Origin: Bacteroidales bacterium | Lineage (GTDB): Bacteria > Bacteroidota > Bacteroidia > Bacteroidales > JAADGE01 | Assembly: GCA_029934515.1 (NCBI GenBank) | Contig: JAOZMB010000001.1 | Span: forward strand, 1-62,300 | DNA: 62,300 nucleotides | Reading direction: 5' to 3' | In this document: positions 11,325-21,740 of the stretch, piece by piece | Layout of the letters: each line of letters opens with the position of its first letter | How positions within the stretch are numbered: the stretch's first letter is position 1 | The notes under the pieces: generated by a model | Databases searched by the model: none | Seen by the model: only the letters and a program-made list of their open reading frames with translations | Told to the model about the DNA's origin: nothing | Position numbers and translations under genes: made by a program

Positions 11325-14300
11325 TTAAAAATTATCAACCACACTAACAAAAGCTCCTCCTTTTCTTGCATTTATTGTTGCATCGTACATTGCTTCGCAA
11401 TAAACTGGTGGCATCCAATAATCACCAGTATAACTTGCATTTAGTAGTACTCGGAATGTTTTGCTTTTGCTTTTTTTCAAATCAAAATATGTATAAACTC
11501 TGTCATCGCGAATGTCTATATGTTCTGGCGATGCACTCGACTTTCCAAAATTTAAATTAAATAAACGTGTATTTATAATTTCCCAGCCAGAAGGAAAAAT
11601 TTGCGATAATGCCATTTCGCGGTAATGTCCACGCAGTCCGGGATTTGATATTGTAACTTCTGCAACAAAATCTGTTCCCTGCGGAATACTCTCTGGCGAC
11701 AGTTTCGTTCCGTCTGGCAGCATATATTTTACTGTCATATTCAAACCAGTCTGTGAGTTGTCAGCTGTTCCAACATCAGGGATTCCCTGCAAAATCAATG
11801 CTACATACAATACTCCATTGCTTGTATTTTTTATTGAAAAACTGCTTGTAGCTGTTGAGCCGATTATTATAGAACGTTGCGAAATAGATTTTTCTTCTGA
11901 TACTGATTCCTGTTTACCTCCGTTGTAAGCATATTGATATTTTGTTCCTTTCGAAGCATCATTTTTCTTTATATACATAGATACAGAACGTAAAGCATAA
12001 GCTGTTGTTTGTGTGCTTAAAAAACGGTCTTCCGATAGCGCATTTGATATTTCTTTTAAAACAGAGAACGCTTTTGTCTTCTCTCCAATTAAATTTAATG
12101 TTTCGAGTATCATCGCTTCGTCTCTTATATCCGAACCATAAGTGCTTGATAATTCGTTGTATATAGGAATATCTGTTGTTAAACCAGCGACCATATTTTT
12201 TGCAACTTTCTTTTTTCCTGTGATATAATATGCCGCAGCGAGTTGCCATTTTGCCATTACCGAAAGCCCGCTGACGTTCTTTAATCTGTTCATTGCTCCC
12301 CTTTCAGGATACCCAGCCAATGCAAGAATATAAAGCCTATATGCCTGAATTAATTGAGAACTTGCGCCATCGTTTGTCCAGTGTATAGTTTTATTTTTCT
12401 GATATTTTCGCCATTTTTTCATAATTGCCGAAGAAACAGTATATCCTTTTTTATCAGCTTCTATTAGGAAATGTCCAGCGTAATTTGTTCCCCATTGATT
12501 TGCATCGTTTCCGCCAGACCAATAAGAAAAACCTCCACTTCTTGTTTGGAACATTTTTATTTTTTTTATTCCAGCTTTAATATTTTTATCGATTTCTGTT
12601 TTCTTTTTTTTGTTAATATCAATTAAATTAGATACATACAACTGCGGAAAAACAGAAGAAGTTATTTGTTCGATACAACCGTGAGGATATTTAATTAAAT
12701 ATTTAAGTCTATTTTCAAGGTTCAAAGGCGGTACAGAAGAGACTTCAATAGTTCCTTTATTCGTACCGTCAATGCCTGCTGGTGTAAAATCGCCAGTCCA
12801 TGTTTCGCCAGCTTGTAGAACTTTTGATATAATATTTGTAACTTCATGGTTCGGATTTCGTAGGTCTAATTCAATTTTAAAACTTGATTTGAAACTTCCA
12901 GAAGAGGCAATAATTTCAACTTTTCCTATTCCTGTTAGCGAGCCAGTTTCAATATAAAAATTTAAATCTTTTTCTCCGGGTTCGTCAAAATTCAAAGTTT
13001 TACTGTCTGTTCCTTTTACTTTTATCAAATTATTTGTTTTTACTTTTACTGTAACATTTTTAATTTTCTTTTTTCCTACAAAAATACTTACTGGCAATTT
13101 TACTTTTTCTTTCGTACCCAGCACACGCGGCAAAGTCCCTATTACCATCAACGGTTTTATTACTTTTGTAGTTTTTTCAGCCGAGCCATAAGCTTCACCG
13201 TTTCCAGCAATAACCATAGTTCTCACTGAGCCTATATATTTCGGCATCTTAAAACTATGAGTTTTGCTTCCTTTTTTTAGAGTAAATGGTCCGAAATATT
13301 TCACAACTGGTTTAAATCTTTTTGCTTTTTTTCCTTTGTTCCTGTCCACATCCATATCTCCTCCTATAGACAGGAGACGTTCCAATTTACCAGCATAAGC
13401 ACCTATTACTTCGTTGTATATGTCCCATGTTTTTACTCCGAGAGCTTCTTTTGCATAAAACGAGTTCCATGGGTTTGGAGTTTTGTATCTTGTCAAATCA
13501 AGCAGTCCTTCTTCTACAACTGCTATTGTATAAGTCATCGGTCTGTTTTGCTTTTCTGAAACTTTTATTGATACAGTTTTTTCAGCCTCAAGTACATCGG
13601 GCATATTTATTACTGGTTCGATATGTGTTTCTGGGTCTTCGACCATCAGCGGAATTACACCATACATTCTTATTGGCAAGTCGTTTGCCGTTTGTGCATG
13701 TTTTTGCAACAAACTAACGTGAACATAAACATTCGGAGACATCGCTTCTGTTAATTTAAAAATATATTTAGTTTCTCCAGCTTTTGTCTCTATCCAATTT
13801 GTTTGCACAATTTCGGTACCGTTTTCTATACTTATTAATGCTCTGCCGTTCTTTCCTGTAGGAATAGTAAGTATTGCAATTTCGCCTACATTGTATTTCT
13901 TTTTATCCGAAGAGAATGTAAGCATTGCCGCACCTTCGGAATCACCTTTTTGTGCGCGTCCTGCCCAGCCAGGCCAGTCTATATAAACTATTTTTCCACT
14001 TGTGTGTCCCGTGTTTATATCTTTTGCATAAACAAAATATCGTCCCCATTCGGGGTGTTTTATTTCTATGTTCCAATTTGTTTTTCCTCTTGATGTTTTT
14101 ACAATTCCCTGATTTATTAGTTTTGCAGAATTTCTGAAATTGTAACTCGACACCGAATTACTCGATGCGTCCCACCACCATCTCCAATCTAATTTGTATA
14201 GTTTAACTTCTAATGTGTGTTCTTCTTTTATGAGGTTTCCGTTTGCATCTAAAGTTATAAGCTCGACTTTGTGTTTTTTATCAGTCAGTAACATTCCTCT

Positions 14301-16886
14301 TCTTTTATCACCTTTTGGCAATTTTATACCTACATAACCTTCGTATGGCGAATAAGGCAATTTGTATTGGTCAATACTGAAATTACCTCCTTTCTCAAAT
14401 ACTTTTGTAATAAATGTAGCTTTCAACATTCCGGGAGCTTTATCTTCGGCTTCTATATTTGCAGTAACTGTTATGTTTCCGTTTTCGTCTGTTTTTCCGC
14501 CGAATACTCTTTCGCTGTTTCCATCGAATGTTTTTGTCGGGTCATCAAAATTAAAATCGTTATATTTTTTGAACTCTGTTTTAATAACATCCATCGACAC
14601 GTCCACCTGCACTTTTAAATCTTTTGCAATTGCGCCGTGTAGCCATTTTACGTTCATCTTGGCATTTATTGGGATATTTTTTTCGAGTAGTTTTTTTCCA
14701 AAATCAAGATTTATTTTTAATCTATTGGGTTTAATAGTTTCAACTTTCACTGTTTTATTAAAATCTACTGCACCAAGCGAGACGTTCAAATTATAATTTC
14801 CCGTAGTTGCATCATGTTCTGTTTTTGTTTTAAAAGTATAAAACCCCGTTTGGTTCATTTTCTTTACTTCTCTTTGTAAAACTTGTCCCTGCGGATTTTT
14901 AAATTCAAAAACTATTGGGTGTTTTTTCGGAAAATCAGCGTTATCGTATTTCATAACATAAGTTAGATATATTGAATCTCCTGGTCTCCATATTCCTCTT
15001 TCTCCGTATATATATCCTTTAAGTCCTTCTCTAACAGCTGTTCCCGATATATCAAATCTGCTTAAAGACAATGAATTACCGTCTGACATTTTCAAATAAC
15101 CTCTTTGTGTTCCGAGTTTTGCAACCGTAAAGAACGGATTTTTCATTATACCAGCATTTGCTATTCCGTTGTTATCAGTTTCAACTGTTTTAAGTTTTTG
15201 TTGCTGATAATCATATATTTCAATAGAAACACCACTTTTCGGTTTTGTAGTCTTCATATCTGTTACGAAGACCTGTATTTCTCCGTTATTTGCCTGTTTT
15301 GCAATTATTCCCAAATCCGAAGCTATCACGTTTCGTGAAACAGTTTTATTACGTCCGTAGTATGCTTTTTTACAAGGGTTGTCTCTGTCTCGCCAGTATC
15401 CGTAATAATATGAATTTCCTTCATAATTATCATAAGAATCCCAGCTCGATTCTTCTTCAATATTTTCCCATTCTTCTGTTATAGAAGTTGTTTCTTCTTC
15501 TTCTTGGTCTTCTAAATCATCGCATTTGTATAATGAATATTTCTTTCTGATACTAAGTTCGATATGATAAATTGCCCCTGGTTCTGGTTTTATAAGATTA
15601 TTCATGTCAAGTGAGAATTTGTTCCAGATACCAAAATCTTTAATCTTAAATTTATCTAATTTCACTGTTTTTTGCAAAATAGGTTTTCCGACTCTCCTCA
15701 GCTGATAATCACCGTCCATGTCATTGTTCTGCAAGAATTGAAGTATATTATTTTGATAAATTTTAATTATAGTAACATCAACAGCTTTGATATTTACTGC
15801 TTCAAACGGCATAATTAATCCTTTATCCGATGAAGGCAAAATCGAACCTTTACCAATAAATCTTATTTGCGGTTTTAATTCTTCGAATGCTATTTCAAAC
15901 AGCTCGTCCTTTTTTAATTTATATCCAATTATATTTTTAATACCCGCAAAAATACTAACCTTTTTCATATCTTTAATATTCTTTTCGGGATATACTCTTA
16001 TAATATTATCTTCGATAACTGTTCGCAAATATTTTTCGCCTTCAATAGAAATAAGACCGTCAAGGTTTTGTCTTTCGTCTAATGGGTCTGAGAACTGCAA
16101 TTGTAAATATTGTTCTGGCGACTGAAACACCTTAGATGACATTAAATTAAACTCATCAATTGCATAAATTTGTATAGTATCTTCTCCTTGATTATCTACA
16201 TCAATTTCATCACCGTCCCACTTCACAATCACCTCCGACCTTTTCTTTAATCTTTTTACGCTGTCTATCGTAAACTCGTGTCTCATTCCACCGTCCATTC
16301 CGTCTTTCCATTTAATAACCAACTCTTTATCGTTCTGAAAAGCCTTAAAAACTTTTGAAATATTTTTTTTTGTTTCGCTGTCAGCTGTCTCTGTTACTCC
16401 TGTTATTTGTTGATATTTCAAAGTTTTACGGTCTGTTGTTTTCTGTTCTTCTACTGCAAAATCAAATGCCTGAGCAATTGTTTTAAATCTAAATTTGAAA
16501 TCCTGTAATTCTTCTTTTACTTTTGTTGTTCTTCCAAGATTAAAAACAGCAAAATATTCTTTATCTGACGGCATATTTTCGTCTGGTTTGAATTCAAGCA
16601 TATCACCGTTAAGGCTGAATTTTCCTTTAATTTTGGGTTTAAAGTTTAACAATCTTTTTGGTAATTTATTTTTTTTGTTCAGATTATCAACAATTTCATC
16701 TGTAAGTTGAATCTTTATCACCGATGTTTTTGATATAACTCCCGATGTATATGCCAAAACATAACTTGCAAATTCTGGATTATCTGAATTTACTTCCTCC
16801 TTTGTAAAATTATTAACTATAAATATTCCACCGATAATAATTGCAGCAAGTAAAGCCACATACAAAATAATTTTCTTTTTTTCCAT
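11325..16886 (-). CDS. bacterial alpha-2-macroglobulin family protein (1853 aa) with intact thioester motif
   Basis: N-terminal membrane anchor and long MG-domain-like region. The thioester motif PHGCIEQ is encoded at about nt 12666-12686 on the minus strand. An A2M receptor-like C-terminus follows. Confidence 0.9.
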   Translation of the reverse strand: MEKKKIILYVALLAAIIIGGIFIVNNFTKEEVNSDNPEFASYVLAYTSGVISKTSVIKIQLTDEIVDNLNKKNKLPKRLLNFKPKIKGKFSLNGDMLEFKPDENMPSDKEYFAVFNLGRTTKVKEELQDFKFRFKTIAQAFDFAVEEQKTTDRKTLKYQQITGVTETADSETKKNISKVFKAFQNDKELVIKWKDGMDGGMRHEFTIDSVKRLKKRSEVIVKWDGDEIDVDNQGEDTIQIYAIDEFNLMSSKVFQSPEQYLQLQFSDPLDERQNLDGLISIEGEKYLRTVIEDNIIRVYPEKNIKDMKKVSIFAGIKNIIGYKLKKDELFEIAFEELKPQIRFIGKGSILPSSDKGLIMPFEAVNIKAVDVTIIKIYQNNILQFLQNNDMDGDYQLRRVGKPILQKTVKLDKFKIKDFGIWNKFSLDMNNLIKPEPGAIYHIELSIRKKYSLYKCDDLEDQEEEETTSITEEWENIEEESSWDSYDNYEGNSYYYGYWRDRDNPCKKAYYGRNKTVSRNVIASDLGIIAKQANNGEIQVFVTDMKTTKPKSGVSIEIYDYQQQKLKTVETDNNGIANAGIMKNPFFTVAKLGTQRGYLKMSDGNSLSLSRFDISGTAVREGLKGYIYGERGIWRPGDSIYLTYVMKYDNADFPKKHPIVFEFKNPQGQVLQREVKKMNQTGFYTFKTKTEHDATTGNYNLNVSLGAVDFNKTVKVETIKPNRLKINLDFGKKLLEKNIPINAKMNVKWLHGAIAKDLKVQVDVSMDVIKTEFKKYNDFNFDDPTKTFDGNSERVFGGKTDENGNITVTANIEAEDKAPGMLKATFITKVFEKGGNFSIDQYKLPYSPYEGYVGIKLPKGDKRRGMLLTDKKHKVELITLDANGNLIKEEHTLEVKLYKLDWRWWWDASSNSVSSYNFRNSAKLINQGIVKTSRGKTNWNIEIKHPEWGRYFVYAKDINTGHTSGKIVYIDWPGWAGRAQKGDSEGAAMLTFSSDKKKYNVGEIAILTIPTGKNGRALISIENGTEIVQTNWIETKAGETKYIFKLTEAMSPNVYVHVSLLQKHAQTANDLPIRMYGVIPLMVEDPETHIEPVINMPDVLEAEKTVSIKVSEKQNRPMTYTIAVVEEGLLDLTRYKTPNPWNSFYAKEALGVKTWDIYNEVIGAYAGKLERLLSIGGDMDVDRNKGKKAKRFKPVVKYFGPFTLKKGSKTHSFKMPKYIGSVRTMVIAGNGEAYGSAEKTTKVIKPLMVIGTLPRVLGTKEKVKLPVSIFVGKKKIKNVTVKVKTNNLIKVKGTDSKTLNFDEPGEKDLNFYIETGSLTGIGKVEIIASSGSFKSSFKIELDLRNPNHEVTNIISKVLQAGETWTGDFTPAGIDGTNKGTIEVSSVPPLNLENRLKYLIKYPHGCIEQITSSVFPQLYVSNLIDINKKKKTEIDKNIKAGIKKIKMFQTRSGGFSYWSGGNDANQWGTNYAGHFLIEADKKGYTVSSAIMKKWRKYQKNKTIHWTNDGASSQLIQAYRLYILALAGYPERGAMNRLKNVSGLSVMAKWQLAAAYYITGKKKVAKNMVAGLTTDIPIYNELSSTYGSDIRDEAMILETLNLIGEKTKAFSVLKEISNALSEDRFLSTQTTAYALRSVSMYIKKNDASKGTKYQYAYNGGKQESVSEEKSISQRSIIIGSTATSSFSIKNTSNGVLYVALILQGIPDVGTADNSQTGLNMTVKYMLPDGTKLSPESIPQGTDFVAEVTISNPGLRGHYREMALSQIFPSGWEIINTRLFNLNFGKSSASPEHIDIRDDRVYTYFDLKKSKSKTFRVLLNASYTGDYWMPPVYCEAMYDATINARKGGAFVSVVDNF

Positions 16887-16970
16887 AATTAATTGATTAT
16901 TTGGGTTTTGAAATTATACATTATATTCTTCTAATTATAACATTTTTTGTGAAATTTAAATTAAAAAATT

Positions 16971-17064
16971 AAGTGTTAATTCGTCAAATCAATGTTATTG
17001 GCGTTACTTGTATAGAATAATAGGAACACGGAAGAACACAGATTATACGGATTTTCACAGATTT
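16971..17064. repeat. ~95-bp dispersed intergenic element, copy A (core ATAATAGGAACACGGAAGAACACAGATTATACGGATTTTCACAGATTT)
   Basis: Aligns by eye along its whole length with 23635-23730, with most positions identical. It lies upstream of the alpha-2-macroglobulin start codon. Confidence 0.75.
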
Positions 17065-17096
17065 ATAAATATTACAAAAAATTAATTAGTATTTTT

Positions 17097-18443
17097 TTAA
17101 GAAATGTAATGTTTGTCTATTATTTTTATTATATTTTTTCTCAATTCAATAGTTTTTTTCATTTCCTTTTTGTTTATATTTTTAAGGAATACAAATTGTG
17201 CTTTCAATTTAACAAAATTTCTACTTATTACAAAAGCAAGCAAACCCGTAGGTAATAGGCTTAACAGATATATAATTCCAATTAAAAAACTTCCAGACAA
17301 AATATATACAGGAATAAAAAAAATTAAATAAAATAATGGAAAAGTAAACAAACCAAGACAGAAGACGACAGAACTTCTAAATTGTTGGTCTTCTAATTTT
17401 CGTGTGATTAATTGTGGAAGCAAATATGGTATTATATTATTCAAAGCTCCGTAAATAAACACTGGAATACCGATTATCAAAACAATAGCTTTTAGAAATA
17501 ATATTGTAAATGGTTCTGATTTTTCAATAACCCAATCTCGTATTTTGAATTTTTTCAAATTTTCACTATATTCCTCTGTATCTTTATGAAGTTTAGCGAA
17601 ATCATCCGGATTTTTTTTTGCAATATTTTCAACAATTGAGATAGTTTTTTTATCGGCTTTGAATTTATTTTTTTGATTATTTTTTTTAAAATTCATTTTT
17701 TTGAATATTTCGGTATCATAAATTTCCCGCAATAGTTCGTATGTATCATAATGTTTAAGGTCTCTAATATCAATCATTACTTCCTGCATTTTTTCCGACA
17801 TTTTTTTTCCGAGATTAACCATTGCTCTTGCTGGACTTTTTTTGTATTCTTCTATATATTCTGATACTTTTATTGGTTTACCAAAATTTACTTGAAGAAC
17901 CGACCTGAAATTCCAATAGTTTGAATAATATATACCAATTGGAACAATATTAACATCAGCATTAAAATTATTTTTTTCTTCTGTCATAAAAGCTATACGT
18001 TGCACACCTTTTTTTAATTTTTTAAGATGTCTTTTATCAGTATGTTGAGCTTCTGGAAAGATAGTAACTTTCTTTTTTTTTTCTAATATTTCGATAGTTT
18101 TTTTATATATTACTTCATTAAGTTTAAGTTTTTCTTTTCCATCTCGGAGTCTATAAACTGGCAATATTCTAAAAAATAAAAGTATTTTTGAGATAAAATT
18201 ATTTTTAAAAATATCAGAACGAGCAAGAAAAATAAGTAATCTATCCTGCGCATAGAATACCGCCAAAGCATCCATTAGAGCATTTTGATGATTCGGAGCA
18301 AACACTACTGGCTTGTCATGTGGAATATTTTCTGTTCCTGTGTAAACTACTTTTTTATAAAAAATTTTATTGTGCAAAAAGCCAACATAAGCACTAAATA
18401 TTGCATAAAATAAAGATTTTTTTTCTGCTATTTCAAGTTTCAT
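17097..18443 (-). CDS. lysophospholipid (1-acyl-sn-glycerol-3-phosphate) acyltransferase family protein with C-terminal transmembrane extension
   Basis: Acyltransferase block FAPNHQNALMDAL and a later FPEAQHT block. Several hydrophobic helices in the last ~130 aa. Confidence 0.7.
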   Translation of the reverse strand: MKLEIAEKKSLFYAIFSAYVGFLHNKIFYKKVVYTGTENIPHDKPVVFAPNHQNALMDALAVFYAQDRLLIFLARSDIFKNNFISKILLFFRILPVYRLRDGKEKLKLNEVIYKKTIEILEKKKKVTIFPEAQHTDKRHLKKLKKGVQRIAFMTEEKNNFNADVNIVPIGIYYSNYWNFRSVLQVNFGKPIKVSEYIEEYKKSPARAMVNLGKKMSEKMQEVMIDIRDLKHYDTYELLREIYDTEIFKKMNFKKNNQKNKFKADKKTISIVENIAKKNPDDFAKLHKDTEEYSENLKKFKIRDWVIEKSEPFTILFLKAIVLIIGIPVFIYGALNNIIPYLLPQLITRKLEDQQFRSSVVFCLGLFTFPLFYLIFFIPVYILSGSFLIGIIYLLSLLPTGLLAFVISRNFVKLKAQFVFLKNINKKEMKKTIELRKNIIKIIDKHYIS

Positions 18444-18455
18444 TTGATTTTATAT

Positions 18456-20261
18456 TTAGATGAATAATTTAGGAATTTGTTTAATTATTTTTGTTATATA
18501 AGGTTCTTTTCCTGCGAAGATTATAGCAATTTTAATTATATTTTCTGGTTTTATCTTATTAATTATCAACTCTGTATAATATTTATTTTTTTCAATTTGA
18601 TTTAAAGCTATATCTATTGCATTATTTATTCTTTCATTGAATTTTTCTTCGTTTTCGTTTGTTTTTTGTTTTTCTATTTTTTTTATTTCAATAACTACTC
18701 CATTTTTATCTTTGTTATGTGGAATTAATATTATATCGTATCTTCCATTTTTACTTTCTCTGTTTGATTTAATAATAAAATCATCGCTTAAAATAGTAAG
18801 CAATCCCAATGTATAAACATGATAAATTTGTTCTGGTGTAATAATTTTTTCTTTTGTTTTTTTATCTATTTTTTGGGCTGTATCAAAGTAGCTTAAAGTA
18901 TCTCCAATAATTTGTTTAAATCCTTTTTCAAAATCTTGTATTTTATTGTTAATCAAAGACTCTGCTGTTCTTATCAATAAATCTCTTGTGATTTTTATTT
19001 CTTTATTTAGCCAAGTCATTATAATATCAATAAATACAATTCTTACTTCTTTATTTGGTATTTTTAGTTTATAATTTCTATATTTACTTTTTCCTGTTTG
19101 TGTTAAATATCCGTTGTCGGTCAATAGTGTCCACAATAGTTCGTTGTCTGTTTCAAAGTCCTGAAAAACGAAATTTTCTTTTAATTCTTTTTTTATTATT
19201 TTACCTTCAATTAGGTCTTGTATTTTCTCTTTTACACCTGTTTCAATTATTCTATTTTTTATTAATGAATAGTTTCCAGAGTTTACCCAATAGGCTTTAA
19301 AACCGTCATCTTTTTTTGCTATATAATTTACAATAGACCATGGATTATATATATTATTTATTTTTCCAAATCTATAACCGTCGTACCATTTTTTTACATT
19401 TTTTATTTTATTTTGAAGATTAAAATAAGTTAATATTTTTTCTGTTTCTTTTTTTGTAAATCCAAAACTGTCCGAAAAATAATTTGAAGTTATTCCAAAA
19501 ACGTCAAAATTATTCCATTCCGAAAAAATACTCTCTCTTCCAACTCGCATAACTCCCGTCAGAAGTCCTTTATGTAAACTACTGTTTCCCTTGAAAGTAT
19601 TTCCAAGAAAACCCTGCATAAAATTTATAATATTTTCGTAGTATGTTTTGTTTTCCTTGTCAATAGACTTTATCGAATTGTTTGTATTATTAAAAGCATT
19701 TATTATCGGAGCATCGTATTCATCAACAAGAATTATAACGTTTTTATTAAAATGCAATCTTAAATACTCGCTCAGGTTTCTTAGACTAAATTTATAATTA
19801 ACCTCAGATGTTGTCCTTAAAATTATACTTTCAAAAATTTTCTTTTCATAGTCTTCCAGTTTATCTGATTTAAGTAAAAATTTATATTTCTTGTATAGTT
19901 CCGATATTTCTATTTTAAAACTTTCTAAGCATTTATCCCAAGATGTTTCTTTAATATTTTTTAACGAAATATTAATTACTGGATATTTATTTTGTTGATT
20001 TTTGCAAAAATCTTTTTTGTCTGATATTTTAAATTCCGAAAATAATTTTGCACTATCCTGTTTTTGAATATCGAAAAAATATTCGACCATTGATAAATTT
20101 AATGTTTTTCCAAAACGCTTTGGTCGTGGCATTAGAATAATATCATTTTCACTATTGTAAAAATTATAAATCAACATTGTTTTATCAACAAAATAATGAT
20201 TGTTTTTTACTATTAATCCAAAATCTGAACGTCCTATTTTAAGTGTCTTTTTTTTTTCCAT
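18456..20261 (-). CDS. AAA-ATPase-like domain protein fused to a PD-(D/E)XK nuclease-fold C-terminal domain (Bacteroides 'predicted AAA-ATPase / DUF1703' type)
   Basis: The N-terminus GRSDFGLIVKNNHYFVDKTMLI...LMPRPKRFGKTLNLSM is the hallmark of this family. Walker-B-like ILVDEYD. C-terminal ESKNGRYDIILIP...VVIEIKK is a nuclease-fold motif. Confidence 0.75.
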   Translation of the reverse strand: MEKKKTLKIGRSDFGLIVKNNHYFVDKTMLIYNFYNSENDIILMPRPKRFGKTLNLSMVEYFFDIQKQDSAKLFSEFKISDKKDFCKNQQNKYPVINISLKNIKETSWDKCLESFKIEISELYKKYKFLLKSDKLEDYEKKIFESIILRTTSEVNYKFSLRNLSEYLRLHFNKNVIILVDEYDAPIINAFNNTNNSIKSIDKENKTYYENIINFMQGFLGNTFKGNSSLHKGLLTGVMRVGRESIFSEWNNFDVFGITSNYFSDSFGFTKKETEKILTYFNLQNKIKNVKKWYDGYRFGKINNIYNPWSIVNYIAKKDDGFKAYWVNSGNYSLIKNRIIETGVKEKIQDLIEGKIIKKELKENFVFQDFETDNELLWTLLTDNGYLTQTGKSKYRNYKLKIPNKEVRIVFIDIIMTWLNKEIKITRDLLIRTAESLINNKIQDFEKGFKQIIGDTLSYFDTAQKIDKKTKEKIITPEQIYHVYTLGLLTILSDDFIIKSNRESKNGRYDIILIPHNKDKNGVVIEIKKIEKQKTNENEEKFNERINNAIDIALNQIEKNKYYTELIINKIKPENIIKIAIIFAGKEPYITKIIKQIPKLFI

Positions 20262-20304
20262 TTATTAAAAATTTCACTATTTTTATTTTACAAAATTATC
20301 TGTC

Positions 20305-21723
20305 TCAAAGTAACAAAAAATATTTCAAAGGAATAATTACAATATCTTTACGAAGTTCTATTCTATCAATTTTAGAGTTAATAATTATTCCATATTTATA
20401 TTTTATTCGACTTTTTGAGATTTGTTTTGTTGTGGTCTTGTTTATTCCTATTTCGAGAAGTATAGGTTTTGGTAGCGTTTCTATAATTAAATCTGGATTT
20501 TTTTGTCTTTTATTAGAAGCGAATGAAAGAAAATTAACTTCTCCAAAGATGCGTTTTAAATATAAAATAACCGTATCTTCCAACATTTTTGCATAAATAT
20601 CTTTTGTATTCGTATCCATGAATGGCGTTAAAATTGCTTTTCTGATGGAGGGCGACATAAAAAAATATTTTTTTGCTTTATTTATTTTACTGTCGATTCC
20701 TCCGTATGGGTACAAAATATCTATCAGTTCAGCTTTTTCGAGAATATATAAACTTTCATTGATTTTATCTTGCGAAATACCAATGCTTTGACTAAGCGAC
20801 TGTATATTTATTTCGTCTGATGCCGCAAGACGACTTAGTATTTTTTCTGCATTTCTCGGACTTGTAATTTTTGCTATTTTAGGAATATCTTCATAAATAA
20901 CTCTTCTTACTAATTCCTGAATTTGTGTATTTATTTTCAATTTACTCTCAATAAGCAAAAAACGTATTATGTTTTTGTAAGCAATATAATCGTAAATATG
21001 TTTCTCTGGATTATCAATTTTATCAATAAAACAGTCTAATTTTGGTTTTATTATTTGCAATTTATTAAATAATTCTTCTGCGTTTCCAGAGAAGAATATT
21101 GACTTTCTTAATTGTTCTTTTGTTTTATTGTTTATAGTTTGTAAATTTTGATGATTAAAACCAACATATTCACTGAAATTTAACGGAAAGATATGTTGTA
21201 TAAGCATTCTTGTTACTAAATCTGCTGTTGATTGTAGTAACAAAGCCGAACTTCCACTTACGAGAATAAATGCGATTCGAAATTGGTCGTAAAGAACTTT
21301 TAAAGTTTCTGCCCACATTGGAGACTCGTGAACTTCATCAAATATTAGAACAATTTTCTCTTTGTAAGATGCAAGATAATTTTTTACTACATATTTTTCA
21401 AAGGCATCTTTTATATCCCAAATATTTATATCATGTCTTATTAATTTAGAAAAATCAAAAAAGAATATATTTTGAGTATAATTTTTGTATATATGTTCGG
21501 CAGCATGCCACAACAAAGTAGTCTTTCCTGTGCCTCGCAAACCAGCATAACCTAATGCTCTTATTCCGTTGCCTGTTGTAAAATATGTATCAACAGTTTC
21601 TTTTATTTCGGTAAAAACTTCACGAGGTTCTAACCTTTTTTGCAAAAAAGTATGTTGCAAGTTATCGTTTATATTTTCTTTTTTGAGTTTTGAGTTTTCT
21701 AATATTTGTTGAAGTTCTGTCAT
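20305..21723 (-). CDS. AAA+ ATPase (COG1373-like, AAA_14 + DUF4143 type) with nuclease-fold C-terminus
   Basis: Walker A GLRGTGKTTLL and Walker B LIFDEVH. A winged-helix-like middle region. C-terminal NPDLIIE...LLEIGINK resembles the D...E.K motif of DUF4143-associated nuclease folds. Confidence 0.7.
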   Translation of the reverse strand: MTELQQILENSKLKKENINDNLQHTFLQKRLEPREVFTEIKETVDTYFTTGNGIRALGYAGLRGTGKTTLLWHAAEHIYKNYTQNIFFFDFSKLIRHDINIWDIKDAFEKYVVKNYLASYKEKIVLIFDEVHESPMWAETLKVLYDQFRIAFILVSGSSALLLQSTADLVTRMLIQHIFPLNFSEYVGFNHQNLQTINNKTKEQLRKSIFFSGNAEELFNKLQIIKPKLDCFIDKIDNPEKHIYDYIAYKNIIRFLLIESKLKINTQIQELVRRVIYEDIPKIAKITSPRNAEKILSRLAASDEINIQSLSQSIGISQDKINESLYILEKAELIDILYPYGGIDSKINKAKKYFFMSPSIRKAILTPFMDTNTKDIYAKMLEDTVILYLKRIFGEVNFLSFASNKRQKNPDLIIETLPKPILLEIGINKTTTKQISKSRIKYKYGIIINSKIDRIELRKDIVIIPLKYFLLL

Positions 21724-21740
21724 TTTTTATTTTTAGATAA

